DNA of 64,000 nucleotides from Chlorokybus atmophyticus. Lineage: Eukaryota > Plantae > Mesostigma and Chlorokybus algae. The notes beneath the pieces were generated by a model. It searched no databases and was not told the origin of the DNA. It saw nothing but the letters and a program-made list of their open reading frames with translations. Each line of letters opens with the position of its first letter. Within the stretch, counting starts at the first letter, position 1. The stretch is taken from positions 641,116 through 705,115 of the forward strand of contig RHPI01003642.1 of NCBI GenBank assembly GCA_009103225.1, in the 5' to 3' direction. Of this stretch, positions 63,449 through 64,000 are shown in pieces. The position numbers and the translations under genes were made by a program.

Positions 63449-64000
63449 TCAGAACTGTTTTCGTTTTGAGCTAACGCACATTTTATACACAAAGCCTACA
63501 AGGACTCCTGTGACTGCCAGCAGGATGATATGCCACCAATACGATGTGGGCGATGCATCCTGCAAATGATTACGGCGCATAAGAAGAATGTGCAGTGTCA
63601 CCAATGCCACTTCAAACACAATGTGTAAGACTGGCCAAAAGGCAGCATGACGGAAACATACCATGTAGCAGAAGTAGGCCGTGGTAACATCTGCTGCAGC
63701 AGCGGTGAGCAGCTGCTCAACAGCGACAAGGTCATGGCGCGCCGATAGTGCATAGTACAGGGCAGCGCGCTGGTTGTTCAAGGACAGATAATATGTTGCT
63801 TGATGCAGTTTGTGCCTCAACACGTTCCAGCGCTGCACAAAGTGGTAGTGCTGAGAATGCGTCATCACTCTGCTCTCATTGCCATATCTCTGTCACAACA
63901 GTGAAGAGTCAGCAGATAACGTACATCAGAGGGTGAGAGACACAGTGAGACAACATACAACGTACCAGACACGTACAATGGCAATCTAAACTGCCTAAAG
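63449..64000 (-). CDS. 3' exons of a conserved plant single-pass membrane protein of unknown function (At3g28720-like, from memory); 5' part lies outside the window
   Basis: RWNVLRHKLHQATYYLS..ALYYALSARHDLVAVEQLL..YFCYM|DASP..WWHIILLAVTGVLVGFVY..SKRKQF*; probable intron gtatgt..tttgcag; a C-terminal transmembrane segment and a KRKQF tail. Confidence 0.7.

Overview
Eukaryotic, intron-rich nuclear DNA from a green-plant lineage (introns mostly 70-900 bp, GT-AG, about 50-55% GC). The plant-type gene set and gene density suggest an early-diverging streptophyte alga such as Chlorokybus, but that assignment is inference. Bases 1-47.4 kb hold 14 spliced genes. Twelve of them sit in six head-to-head pairs: a tandem Tudor/KOW-like plus WRKY/GCM1-like gene with a YCII-domain gene, NRP/SET with TTC33, AK6 with EIPR1/TSSC1, RKP with a CENP-U-like gene, SnRK1-alpha with an ABM-domain gene, and PurA with a GRAM-domain gene. 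A filamin-RRM-RS gene and a peroxisomal enoyl-CoA hydratase are unpaired, and importin-alpha ends the gene-rich block. Bases 48.9-62.0 kb are two nested, decayed Ty3/Gypsy chromoviruses: outer element A (527-bp LTRs) and inner element B (339-bp LTRs, perfect AACGC target-site duplication). Both were inserted into a ~376-bp tandem duplication. The 3' end of a conserved plant membrane-protein gene closes the window. The most notable observations are: a degenerate phage-Dam-like adenine-methyltransferase domain between Gag and protease in both retroelements; LTRs built almost entirely of consecutive stem-loops, including cUUCGg and GNRA tetraloops; splice acceptors directly in front of both gag ATGs; a probable CENP-U/Ame1 kinetochore homolog; a 2x tandem-barrel plus zinc-finger protein; and a recurring GAACCGGATCC motif in three divergent promoters. 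All alignments and counts were made by eye and protein comparisons are from memory of the families; no searches were run.
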